Assembly (NCBI GenBank): GCA_013416795.1
Contig: RQSC01000030.1
Location: 133,760 to 197,759, forward strand
Length of the DNA stretch: 64,000 bases
Direction of reading: 5' to 3'
Origin: Prasinococcaceae sp. CCMP 1430
Taxonomy: Eukaryota > Plantae > Prasinodermophyta
Below, piece after piece: positions 38,411 to 49,201 of the stretch. The translations under genes were made by a program, and so were the position numbers. Numbering within the stretch: the first letter of the stretch is position 1; each line of letters starts with the position of its first letter. A model generated the notes under the pieces. The model saw only the letters and a list, made by a program, of their open reading frames with translations, did no database searches and was not told the origin of the DNA.

Positions 38411-39076
38411 TGCGGGCGGCGGCGGGCGGGGGCGGCGGCGGGGGCGGCGAGTGCGACGAGGGCTTCTTCACGCCAGAGTTCTGCGAGCTCGTCGAGCAGG
38501 CGCTCAAGCGCGACCCGAACGCACTGGGGGGCGCGTCGGTGTCGCTTCCTCCGGGCGGCGGCCGACCAGCTGCCGCGGCCGGGGGCGCCGCCGCGGCGCC
38601 CAGCGCCGGCGCATGGGGGGGCTCCGACTCGGCGCCCCCGACCGACACGATGCTGCGCCTGGCGCTCGAGCGCGGCGCCGAGGCGGAGGACACCGCGCAG
38701 GTGATCCGCGCAGCTGCGGCGGTGTCGCGGCGCTCCATCGAGCGCCTCAGGCAGATCCGAGCGGCGCTCGCCGAGCAGATCAAGTCGGAGGAGGAACAGC
38801 TGAGCGCGCTTGTGAGTCTGTGCGCGCGCACCGGCCGCGCGCGCGCCCGCGCCCGCGCGCGCGTGCAGCAGCCGTTGCGTGCGCACGCGCATGCGCGCGC
38901 GCGCAGGCTTGATCGCCGACGCGAGCGCGGACGCGAGCGCGGATGCGAGCGCGCTGACCTCGCCGTGCCCGCGCCGAACGCAGGAGTACGCGCTGTCCAA
39001 GTGCGAGGCAGACGCCGCGCTCACGCGCACCATCGACACGCTGCGCGAGCGTCAGGGGCGAGCGGCCGAGTGGTGA
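38411..39076 (+). CDS. Hypothetical protein, C-terminal helical/coiled-coil part; 5' end in gap
   Basis: Exons <=38411-38811 and 38984-39076 (gtgagt..cgcag) with host-like codon bias. FFTPEFCELVEQALKRDP..IERLRQIRAALAEQIKSEEEQLSAL|EYALSKCEAD..W*. Confidence 0.6.
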
Positions 39077-39356
39077 GCCGGCGCGGACGCGCCCCACTGC
39101 TCCCCCTGTCGCGCACACACCGGCGGCAGCGCGCGAGAGGGCCCACGCGTGTACACCGAGCTTTTTTTTTCCTTTTTGGTGCACGCGGCGACACCGGGGC
39201 GCTCGTCTTCGCGGCGCTCCCGTGCGGCTGCGCTGCTGGCACCCACGCTCCCTCTTGTTCCGACGATGGCGGCAGAGTGGTCGGCCGCCGCCTCGGCCAG
39301 GGGCAGTTACGTGCGTGTCACACCGGTGCGCGCGGGGCGCGCGCGACCGGCGCTCG

Positions 39357-39932
39357 TCAGGACTGCTGGAACCACCACGCCCACAAGCCGTCCTCGGCGG
39401 GCCCGCTGGTCAGGTCAGCGCCCTGCTCTTCGAGTGCCTTCCTGAGCGTTAGGGCGACGCCACGCCCCATCTCGAGCCGCGAGCGCAGCTCGGTCTCGCG
39501 ACGCGCGCGCTCTGCGCGGCGCTCCTTGAGCTCTTCGCCGCGCGCCTGCAGCGCCGCGCACGTTTCGCGCATGTGCGCGAGGCTGTTCTGCAACTCGGCG
39601 CAGCGCTCGATGTGCGACACGGCCGTCGCCTCGCGCTCGCCGGTGCCGGCGCCCTTGCCACCACCTCCTTCTTCGTGGCCCTCGCGCACGGCGACGAGCC
39701 CGTGGTCGCCCCGCGCGTGCATCTCCCCAACGGGCGTGTGGCCGCCCCACAGGGCCTCGCCGCGCTGCGAGCTCGTCCGCCAGAGCGAGACGCCGCCCCC
39801 GCCGCGCGCGGCCGCCTCGGACGCCGTCGGCACGTGCCGCGCCATCGCGTGCAGGTCACCGCCCGAGGCGCGGGCCACTTCCACCGCCACGCACCCCCTT
39901 CCGAGCCGCACGCCGAGCCGCTTGCCGCCGGC
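39357..39932 (-). CDS. Hypothetical protein fragment with C-terminal coiled coil; 5' end cut at the N at 39933
   Basis: Open frame ending HIERCAELQNSLAHMRETCAALQARGEELKERRAERARRETELRSRL..WAWWFQQS*. Confidence 0.55.
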   Translation of the reverse strand, partial: AGGKRLGVRLGRGCVAVEVARASGGDLHAMARHVPTASEAAARGGGGVSLWRTSSQRGEALWGGHTPVGEMHARGDHGLVAVREGHEEGGGGKGAGTGEREATAVSHIERCAELQNSLAHMRETCAALQARGEELKERRAERARRETELRSRLEMGRGVALTLRKALEEQGADLTSGPAEDGLWAWWFQQS

Positions 39933-39933
39933 N

Positions 39934-40370
39934 GCATTTGGCACCCCTCTGGCCGGCGCACCGCCCCACAGCGCGCCCCTGATGGCAGCGCATGTGGCCA
40001 TGGAAGGTACGTGCGTATGTATGCGCCTACGTGCTGCAGTGATTGCATCGACCAGACTCAGAGTTCGTGCGACGCGATGCGTGTACCAAGCCGTGCCCGC
40101 GCGCTGACACGTGCACTCGCTCTCATTCATGTTGTTGCTCCCACGCGACATTCAGAGGCGCCTGCTGCCGGTGCTCTTCCTGCGGGCCAGGCCAATGAAG
40201 GGCTCGACATCGCCATCCTCACGCACGAGCTGTGGCCAAAGCTCGTTGAGCTCAACATGGCAATAGCCGCGCTGTCGGCGCCGTCAGTTCCGTCCGTTGG
40301 CGGTGCAGCTGGAGGCGCTGGCGTGGAGGGCGTCGGCGTCAATGGCACCATCGAGGCACTGCGGCGCGGG
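39934..40370 (+). CDS. Internal fragment of an unknown gene (two partial exons)
   Basis: Phase-1 intron 40007-40155 (gtacgt..gctgac..ttcag) joins MAAHVAME|EAPAAGALPAGQANEGLDIAILTHELWPKLVELNMAIAAL. The frame differs from the downstream coiled-coil ORF. Confidence 0.45.
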
Positions 40371-42573
40371 CGGCGGCGGGCGCGAGCCGCTGGACCTGCT
40401 CGACCCCGAGCTGTCGCCGTCGCGGCTGCTCACGCCGCCGCGCAGCCCCTGCGCGGGGAGCAACGGCGGGGGGAGCGTCGGCGACGCAGCGGCTGAGGCC
40501 GACGCGGCGCTCGGCACGGCGGTCGAGACGCCGCAGACGGGGCCGCGCGGGTCGCCGATGCGCACGAGCGAAGTGAACGCGCTCTATTCCGACGAGGCGG
40601 CGGGGAGCAGCGGGGACGAGGCGCGGTGCGTTGCGATTCGGCCAGCGCGAGCGACGCGCCCCAACCTCGCCCCCGATGTATGGCTGCGCCGTGCTCGCGC
40701 TGACGGCGCCGTCTTCTGTGCGCCGGGCGCTCGGCCGTCGCACAGTGTCAGGTCCGTGCGCTTCCACGGCATAGGCACAGGCGGCGGCCCACTCTTCGCG
40801 GAGTGCGTGGGAGATGCGGGCGATCGCGACGCGCCTGCGAGCAACCTCGGCGACCGCCAGTGCGCTGCCTCCTTGGCCGGAGAGGAGGCTGGTCATGAGG
40901 GCTCTGGCCCCGCCGCCGAGCTCGCTGAGCTCCGCGCGGAGGTCGGCAACGCGAGGACGGCGATGATGTCCGCGCTGTCGACGCTCTGCGCGGCCGCCGC
41001 CGGCCGCCGGGAATTTGTAGGCGCCGAACTGCCCGATGGCGCGGACGAGGCCGCGCTCGACGATCTGTCGCAGGCAGTGCTCGCAGCGGCGCGCGCGGGC
41101 ATGGCTGCGGCGTCGCTCGAGGCGAGCGACGCCGCGCAGGGCGCCGAGGCAGCCGAGGCGCAGCGTGTTGAGCTCGAGGCCAAGCTCGCCCTCGTGGAGG
41201 ATGAACTCGCGTCCTTCCACGAGGGGCAGGGGGCCATCACGGACGCCGTCGCAGCGCTTGAAGCAAAGCACGAGGCGCGCTACCGCGAGGCCGCTGAGGC
41301 ACGCGACGAGGCGCAGCGCCTGCGTGCCGAATGCGAGGCCGCCCTGGCATCCACACGCGAGGAGGTCGCCACGCTGCGGCGGGAGCTCGACGTCGCGAGG
41401 CGCGCTCGCGCACAGGGCGACCACGCGCGCCAGGAGGCGGACGTGGCGCACCAGCGCGCTCGCGCGAAGCTGCGGCGCGAGCTCGCCGGTGAGATCGACG
41501 CGCAGACGGCCCGCACCGAGGCGCTCAGGGAAGAGCTGGCTGGCGAGGCAGCAGCGGGGCACGAGGAGGCGCAGAGCGCGCGCGCCGAGGCGGCCCGCGC
41601 GGCTGCGGTCGCGGAGGAACAGTCGGCGATGCGCGAACGCGCCGAGGCGCGGGCAGCGCAGGCGGAGGCAGCATCAGCTGACGCCGAGCGGCGCGAGATG
41701 GAGGCCACCGCCTGCGAGCGCGAACTGCGTCTCGAGCTCCTGTCCGCTCAGAGCGAGGCGGCCACGCAGCGTCGCGCGGCCGCGGAAGCGCTCAGCGAGC
41801 GCGACGCAGCAGTCGCCGACAGGGAGCGACTCGAGGCGGAGCTGCAGACTTGGCGGCGCGGCGAGATCGGTGGGAGCGGCGTAGGCGGCTCGGCGGCAGG
41901 TGAGGACGCGTGTACGACACCAACAAAGACGGCAAATGCCGACGGCGACAATCTGGAGGAGGAGAATGCCGTCCTTTCCGAGATGAACTCGATCGCGCTG
42001 ACGGACAACGCCAAGCTCAAGCGGCGACTCGCCGAGCGTCGCGACGAGTGCGATGCATTGGCGTCGCGAGTTGCCGCGCTGCAGGCCCAGGTCGAGTCGC
42101 TCAGTGCCGTCAAGCCCGCAGCAATCACGGGCGCGCCTGTCGCAGAGGCGTCGTCACCAGTACGGGCAGGAAGGGATTTCGAGGCGCGTCTGGATGAGGC
42201 GGCCGGCGACGCATCCGGCTCGGCCACTGCCGTCGCGGCGGTGGCGCATCCATCGTCATCAGCACTGCGGCAGCTGCACGGACGCGACGAGCGTGCCGCG
42301 GAGATGGTGCTCCAGTCGAGCCCAGGCAAGAGTGGCGGCGGCCCCCTGATCGGCGCGCTGCGCGGCCACCGCGCTCGCATCCGCCGCCTCGAGAAGGAGA
42401 ACGAGGCGCTGCGCTCGACCCTGTGCTCGCCTATACTCAAGGCCGCGAGCACGCACCAGAGCGCGGGCGTGGGCTCGAGCAACCCGCCGCCCGTCTCGCC
42501 CTTGGGGACGCTCTCGCCAGCGCTCGGTCTCGGTCTGCAGCACGCGTCGCTGCGCAATCCTTACCGCCATTGA
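40370..42573 (+). CDS. Long coiled-coil protein (Ala/Glu/Arg-rich); N-terminus uncertain
   Basis: Open frame to TGA at 42573, with a probable in-frame intron at 40626-40751. Roughly 300 aa of heptad-like EAEA/RAE sequence plus S/T-P-rich ends. Confidence 0.7.
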
Positions 42574-42926
42574 GGTGGGGAGCACACAAAAGGAGCAATC
42601 GCGCGCGCCGACGCCGACGCCGACGCCAAGCGTCAGGAGAGATATGCGCCGCGCACAGCGCCGGTCGCATCGGCGTGCTAAGAAACAGCCATGACCACAG
42701 CGCCGCACAGGCAGGGCCGCGCAGCGCAGGCCAGGCGCGCTCCGCGGCGCGGCGGCACCGCGCGCGCCAGCAGGTGGCCAGGGGATTCCGACGTTACCGA
42801 AACAGAGCCGCATTGCGCTGCCGCCCCTAGCGGCGCGCGAGGGCCATTGAATCTCCAACGCGGGCAAACGGTCTTGAGGGGCGACGGGGAAAGTAATATA
42901 TGTCCACCTGGGCGTGGGGGCGACGC

Positions 42927-43340
42927 TCAGGTGCACTTGGCCTTGATCGCGGACTCGTCCACCTCGTCAAGGTCGCAGGCCTGCACCATGTACTGAATGC
43001 CCTCGCCAAGCTCCTGCTTGAATTTGTCTTTGGAGGAGGCGTAGAGCATCTTCACCCTGACCTTGGCGCCGTCCGGCACCCACGTGATGAAGACGATCTT
43101 CGAGATGGCGCATCCGTCCGCCGACTTGTAGTCGTAGTCGTACACAGCGTAGCGCCCATCGTCCTCCGGCAGCTTGGCGACGAACTCGTCGTAGGTGCCC
43201 GACCCGACCGACTCAAGCACGTCCACCTCCCCCTTCGCCGCGTCGATCTTGTAGATAATGTATCGGAGCTTGCGCTTGCGAAGCTCGTTGAACACCTTTA
43301 TGCACCCCGGGGTCACGGCGACGCCGGACGCCGCGTTCGA
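42927..43340 (-). CDS. ADF: Actin-depolymerizing factor / cofilin; ATG mini-exon not found
   Basis: Exon after acceptor cgcgcag: SNAASGVAVTPGCIKVFNELRKRKLRYIIYKID..YDEFVAKLPEDDGRYAVYDYDY..KIVFITWVPDGAKVRVKMLYASSKDKFKQEL.GI..QACDLDE. Confidence 0.95.
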   Translation of the reverse strand, partial: SNAASGVAVTPGCIKVFNELRKRKLRYIIYKIDAAKGEVDVLESVGSGTYDEFVAKLPEDDGRYAVYDYDYKSADGCAISKIVFITWVPDGAKVRVKMLYASSKDKFKQELGEGIQYMVQACDLDEVDESAIKAKCT

Positions 43341-44249
43341 CTGCGCGGGCGTCGGGGCGGGCGGGAGCGTAGGGGCGCGCGCGGCCGCGGGTCAGGCGCC
43401 GGGCAAAGGGTTGGCGGTCGGGAGGCGGGGAGGGCGCGGCGGATTGGCGGGAGGCGCGCCGCGACGCCCCGCGCTCGGGCGCGCAGGCGCAGCGGCGCCA
43501 GACCGCGCGATAAAACGGGAGCAAAATCGGGAGGGGCGGCCGCGCGCCTGTTACTGAGCGCCCCACACACACCACCCGTCCCTGTCCCCCCCCCCACCCC
43601 GGCGATGGCGCGGAGAGGTCGCACGCGTCTGAGGAAGGCGCGACCGCCGCCAATCCCAGCGAGCACGCCGTGAGGGGCAAGCAGCAGAGGGTTGTGTGTG
43701 TGTGTGTGTGGGGGGGGGGGGTGAACAGGCGCGGCAAGGGGGGGCGCCTGCTGCGCGCGCGCCGTGTGGCGCGCGGAGCGGGGGGCAATGGCAGGGGCCG
43801 CCGCGCAGGCCTCTGGCCGATCGGCGCTTCCGCGCGTTCGAATCCGAATCCGGCCGCTGCGGCCGCTGCGGAGACACCCAGCGACATTTAATATGCACTC
43901 AGACATCAACAATACCAACGGGCGAGCATTTTTCAACAATTCGGAATTATGCCGTCCGGAAATTCCGCAGCCGACCTCCTTTCGAAACATCGGCGGGGTT
44001 TGTTCGCATGCTTGCGAAACGCGGCAGGAAAAACCACGGGAGAGCGATTGGGGGTGTTGGGCGTGCGCGCAGGCTGGGGGTGTGTGGGGGGGGCTGAGGG
44101 GGAGGGAGGGGGCCGCGGCGGGGCTGCCACACAGCGCGCGCGAGCCCCCCCCCCGCGCGCGCTTGTGGGGGGCGTAGGGAGCTCCTCGCGCGTTGCGCGT
44201 GCCTGGCGGCGCCGGAGGCGGCAGCTTCGCGGACTGGCTGCGCGCGGGT

Positions 44250-46064
44250 ATGGGTAAGGTGCTGCGTGTGGACCCGGGGGGCCGCGCTTTGCTTGCGCGC
44301 GCGCGCGGCGGCGCGGGCTTCCGCTTCGGCGAGTACGCCGAGGAGGACGCGCTCGCGGCGGACGGTGCGGCGCCCGGGCTGAGCGCGCCCACGGAGGCGC
44401 GCGACGGTGAGTCAGAGGGCGAGTCCGACCGGGAGGGCGGGCACTCGCGTGGGCGGCGCGTGCTCATCGACGACGAGCTGGGCGTGGCGGAGGATGGCTG
44501 GCCGACCCCCGGGTGGGCCGGGGCTGGAGGTGAGCGAGGCGCGCCCCAGCAGCATCGTCTGCCGCAGCCGAGCTCGCGCCGGCGCCCCGAGCTGACGCGA
44601 GCGCGCGCGCTTGCGCTCGACCGGCGGTCACGCGCAGCGCTCGCGAGAACGCCCACCAGCCAGGCGCTCGAGGACAAGCTCGCGATGGCCTACGCCGAGC
44701 GCCAGCGCATGCGCGAGGAGTGGCGCCGCGCGGACCCCGACCTGCGGCACTTCCCGCTGCTGCAGATCATGCTCCGCTGCGTGGGGCTGCTGCCCCTCCG
44801 CGGCCGCGGCCGCGCCTCGCAGCGGCTGGTCGCTGCGCTGTTCTACGCGCTGCAGCTCGCGCCCTACGTGCCGATGCTCGTGCTGCGCAGGTGCGAGGCG
44901 GACGAGAAGCCCGGCGCCACCTGCTCGAGCTTCACCACGTGGGACGCCTACCGCATGGTGGACGACGCGGTGCTCCTGGGCGCGGTGCTCTACTGGCTAG
45001 GCTCCGACTTGGTGGTCACCCTGCACCACGCCGAGCTCATGGGCAGCCCCGGCGTGCGCCGCGCTCGCCAGAGGATGGCCAAGGGGTGGGCGGTCACGCT
45101 GTGGCTGGTGTACGCCGTCTTCTGGATGGCGCTGCCCATCGCGGAGCTGCTGAGGTCGACGCTGCCGCGGCCCATCTCCAGCTACGACCTGCCCCTCGGC
45201 GACCTCGCCGTGCGCGTCCTGTGGGTGGTCGCCGGGCCGCCGCGCGCGTGCTTCATGGCCGGCCTGATGACGAGCCTCACGCTCGTGCTGAGCTCCGCGC
45301 GACCCGACCTCAAGGCCATCCGCGCGGCGGCGGCCGTGCTGGGCAACCGCAGGCCAGGCAGCGAGCTCTCGACGGAGGCGGCGCTCGGCCAGGTGGGCAT
45401 GCTCGTGCGGCGGTACTCGCAGCTCGCCATGGCGCTCACGCAGGCGTCGGACAGGGTGCAGGCGCTCATGGCCTTCCTGCTGGCGTTCGCGTGCAACGTG
45501 CTCCTCCAGGCGTGCCTCATGTGGACGATGCGCATCGACATGAGCAGCGATCACAGGTGTGTGTGTGTGTGTGTGTGTGTGTGACAGTGTGTTTGTGTGC
45601 GTGTGTATGTGTGCGTGTGCGTGTGTGCGTGCGTGTGTTCTTATCGACGACAAGTGGGACGCTGACGTGCGCGACACCACACACGAGCCAGGGACGAGTG
45701 GGCGCACTACACGGGCATAGTCCACAACCTGACGTTCGCCGCGCTGTCGCTGGCGGTGTTCGGCATCGCGGCGCACGTCACCGCGCTGTGCGACAAGACG
45801 CTGCGCGCGCTGCAGCATGCCGGTGGCCTGCACCTGGGCGCGTACGTCGCGCGCTGCGCCGAGGGGGGCGGAGGTGTGCTCGACCCGGCACTGCTCTCCG
45901 CCGCGCAGGTGATGCAGCAGGCGCTCGCTGGCGTCGCCGACGGCGGCGGCTTCCGGATCGCCGGCCAGCGCATCGCCTTCTCGCTCTTCGTCGTGCTCGT
46001 CACGCTCGCCGTCGCCGCGAGCAACATTATGAGCGTGCTGCACGTGAGCGCAGATGGCCCGTGA
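44250..46064 (+). CDS. Seven-TM protein resembling gustatory-receptor-like (GRL / 7TMIC / DUF3537) channels
   Basis: Exons 44250-44529, 44638-45556 and 45692-46064; the first intron is in frame and less certain. Seven hydrophobic segments, a long loop between TM4 and TM5, and a C-terminal GFRIAGQRIAFSLFVVLVTLAV. CDS confidence is high; the family call is moderate. Confidence 0.7.
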
Positions 46065-46339
46065 GGCGCGCCCATCCATCCTTCTGCCCCCTCAGCACCC
46101 TTAGACGCCCATGTACACGCGCGCGCGCACACACACCCCGTAGCGTGGCCAAAGCTCCGCCGCGCGTGCTAGAATTCCACAGTAGTAGGGGAGGGGGAGG
46201 GGGCCTGTACACTGTCATGTAACATTCTACCACAACGGTGGCAGGCGCAGGCGCGGGGCGCGCGAGCTCGGCGCTCGGAGGCGCGCGCGCGCCACCGCCG
46301 CCGCCGCATCTGTCCGCGCGCGCTGCCTGAGCGCGCCTC

Positions 46340-47529
46340 TCAGAGCTTGGAGAGCTCCTTGGAGCGCCTCGCTGCGGCGGTGACGGCGTTCATGTAGGCG
46401 GCGCGCACGCCCGCCTTCTCGAGCTCATGAACACCGGCGATGGTGGTGCCGCCGGGCGAGCACACCATGTCCTTGAGCTCCCCCGGGTGCTTGCCTCCCT
46501 CGAGCACCATCTTCGCGTGCGTGCGGCGCGTGTGTGTGCGCGCGCAGGTGTGGGGGGGGGGAGGGGGTCGCGCGCGTCAGCGTCGCGCTTGTCTGTGACA
46601 CGCACACGCGCACACACGCACACGCGCGCGCGCGCAAGCACGAACACATACACACGCACGCGCGCGCGCGCACCTTGGCGCCGCCGAGCACCGTCTGCGC
46701 GGCGAGTGAGAGCGCGACGGGCCGCGGCAGGCCCGCCGCGACGCCTCCGTCGGCCATCGCCTCGATGGTGAGGAAGACGTACGCGGGCCCGCTGCCGCTG
46801 AGGCCCGTGACGGCGTCGAGGAGCTTCTCGTCGACAACGTGGCACTTGCCGACGGAGGACAGCAGGCGCTCCACGCACTCCTTCTCCGCGGTGGAGACGC
46901 CCCCGCTGAGGGCCATGGCCGCGGCGGTCTCGCCCACGAAGCAGGGGGTGTTGGGCATGACGCGCACGTGACTGATACCCGCGTTGGCGTTGCCAGCGCC
47001 TACGAGCGCATCATACATGGTGTTCAGCGTCACGCCGGCGGCGATGGACACCACCAGCGCGCCCGACGAATACAGCGTGCCCGCGATCTCGCGAAGCACC
47101 TCGGCGACCTGCTGCGGCTTGGTGGCGATGAACACCACGTCGCTCGACGCGGCCACGCCCACGTTGTCTTTGACGGTCACGCCCAGCGCGGACATCGCCT
47201 CGCGGCGCGGCGGGTTGGGGTCCGACGCCACGATGCGCGACCAGTCCGCCTGGCCAGAGGACACGAAGCCCTGCGCGGACGCGCGGGCGGGCGCGGGCGC
47301 GGGCGCGTTTGAGAGTGTGAGTGTGTGTGTGTGCGTGTGCGTGTTTGTGTGTGTGTGTGTGTGCGAGGGAGTCCGCTCGCGCACGCACACGCACACGCAC
47401 ACGCACACGCACACGCACACGCACACGCACACATGCGCACACACGCGCACAAACACGCACCTTCATGAGGGCCTCGGCCATGTTGCCCGCGCCGATGAAG
47501 CCGATCGTGGGGGTGGTCATGTTGGCCAT
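46340..47529 (-). CDS. P5CR: Pyrroline-5-carboxylate reductase
   Basis: Exons 47529-47461, 47270-46674 and 46510-46340. [89 protein letters not shown]. Confidence 0.97.
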
Positions 47530-48545
47530 GGCGGGCGAGGCGTCGGCCTGCTGCGCTCGGTGCCGGCGCGCGGGCGCGCGCGGGGCCCCTCGGGCGAGNN
47601 NNNNNNNNNNNNNNNNNNNNNNNNNNNNNNNNNNNNNNNNNNNNNNNNNNNNNNNNNNNNNNNNNNNNNNNNNNNNNNNNNNNNNNNNNNNNNNNNNNNN
47701 NNNNNNNNNNNNNNNNNNNNNNNNNNNNNNNNNNNNNNNNNNNNNNNNNNNNNNNNNNNNNNNNNNNNNNNNNNNNNNNNNNNNNNNNNNNNNNNNNNNN
47801 NNNNNNNNNNNNNNNNNNNNNNNNNNNNNNNNNNNNNNNNNNNNNNNNNNNNNNNNNNNNNNNNNNNNNNNNNNNNNNNNNNNNNNNNNNNNNNNNNNNN
47901 NNNNNNNNNNNNNNNNNNNNNNNNNNNNNNNNNNNNNNNNNNNNNNNNNNNNNNNNNNNNNNNNNNNNNNNNNNNNNNNNNNNNNNNNNNNNNNNNNNNN
48001 NNNNNNNNNNNNNNNNNNNNNNNNNNNNNNNNNNNNNNNNNNNNNNNNNNNNNNNNNNNNNNNNNNNNNNNNNNNNNNNNNNNNNNNNNNNNNNNNNNNN
48101 NNNNNNNNNNNNNNNNNNNNNNNNNNNNNNNNNNNNNNNNNNNNNNNNNNNNNNNNNNNNNNNNNNNNNNNNNNNNNNNNNNNNNNNNNNNNNNNNNNNN
48201 NNNNNNNNNNNNNNNNNNNNNNNNNNNNNNNNNNNNNNNNNNNNNNNNNNNNNNNNNNNNNNNNNNNNNNNNNNNNNNNNNNNNNNNNNNNNNNNNNNNN
48301 NNNNNNNNNNNNNNNNNNNNNNNNNNNNNNNNNNNNNNNNNNNNNNNNNNNNNNNNNNNNNNNNNNNNNNNNNNNNNNNNNNNNNNNNNNNNNNNNNNNN
48401 NNNNNNNNNNNNNNNNNNNNNNNNNNNNNNNNNNNNNNNNNNNNNNNNNNNNNNNNNNNNNNNNNNNNNNNNNNNNNNNNNNNNNNNNNNNNNNNNNNNN
48501 NNNNNNNNNNNNNNNNNNNNNNNNNNNNNNNNNNNNNNNNNNNNN

Positions 48546-48681
48546 GCCCTATCTCCGCGCCCTCGCCCCTGCTGGTGCTGCCGCCGTGCAGTGGAAGCCG
48601 CCCAGCCAGGCTGTGGAGGAGAGTGGACTTGCCAGCGCCGTTGGGGCCCAGCACGGCCACGCGCATGTGCCGTTCGAGCCC
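48546..48681 (-). CDS. ABC-F family ATPase fragment (second NBD Walker A region)
   Basis: [44 protein letters not shown], running into the gap. The 5' side is fused to the LHCB intron. Confidence 0.7.
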
Positions 48682-48706
48682 CCTCCGCGCTCGGCCCGCC
48701 CCGCAG

Positions 48707-49162
48707 GCCCCGACCGTGGCCTCTGGCTCGGCCCCTTCTCGCCCGAGCCGCCCGCGTGGCTCACCGGCGAGTACCCGGGCGACTACGGCTGGGACGCGTG
48801 CGGCTTCTCCACCAACCCGGACACGTTCGCGAGGTACGCCCTTTTCTGCTTTTTTCCGCCGTGCTGCGCGCGCGCGTCGCGTCGCGTGGGGGAGGGGGAT
48901 GGCTCCGCTGCTGCGCTGCCGCTCCCTCGAGCGCGCCCGGGCAGACCCGAGCGCACGCAGCGGGGCGTAGCGAGCAGGTCGCCGACGAAGACGAAGACGC
49001 CGACGAAGACGACCGCGCCGCCGCCGCCGGCGGCAGCCGCGCGGCGGACGCGGCCTCGTAGCCACTCCCTCGCCCCGCCCGCGACAGCCGCCGGCGCGCG
49101 ACACGGCCTGGACGCGCCCGCGCCGGCGCGTCACGCACGCTCAAACCCGAACGCGGAGGTAT

Positions 49163-49201
<39 letters not shown>

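Noticed and set aside
46511-46676. Introner-like target-site duplication (exon end AAG equals intron end AAG in P5CR; caccag in NANS)
   Set aside because: The shared sequence is too short, and the introns show no mutual similarity or terminal inverted repeats.
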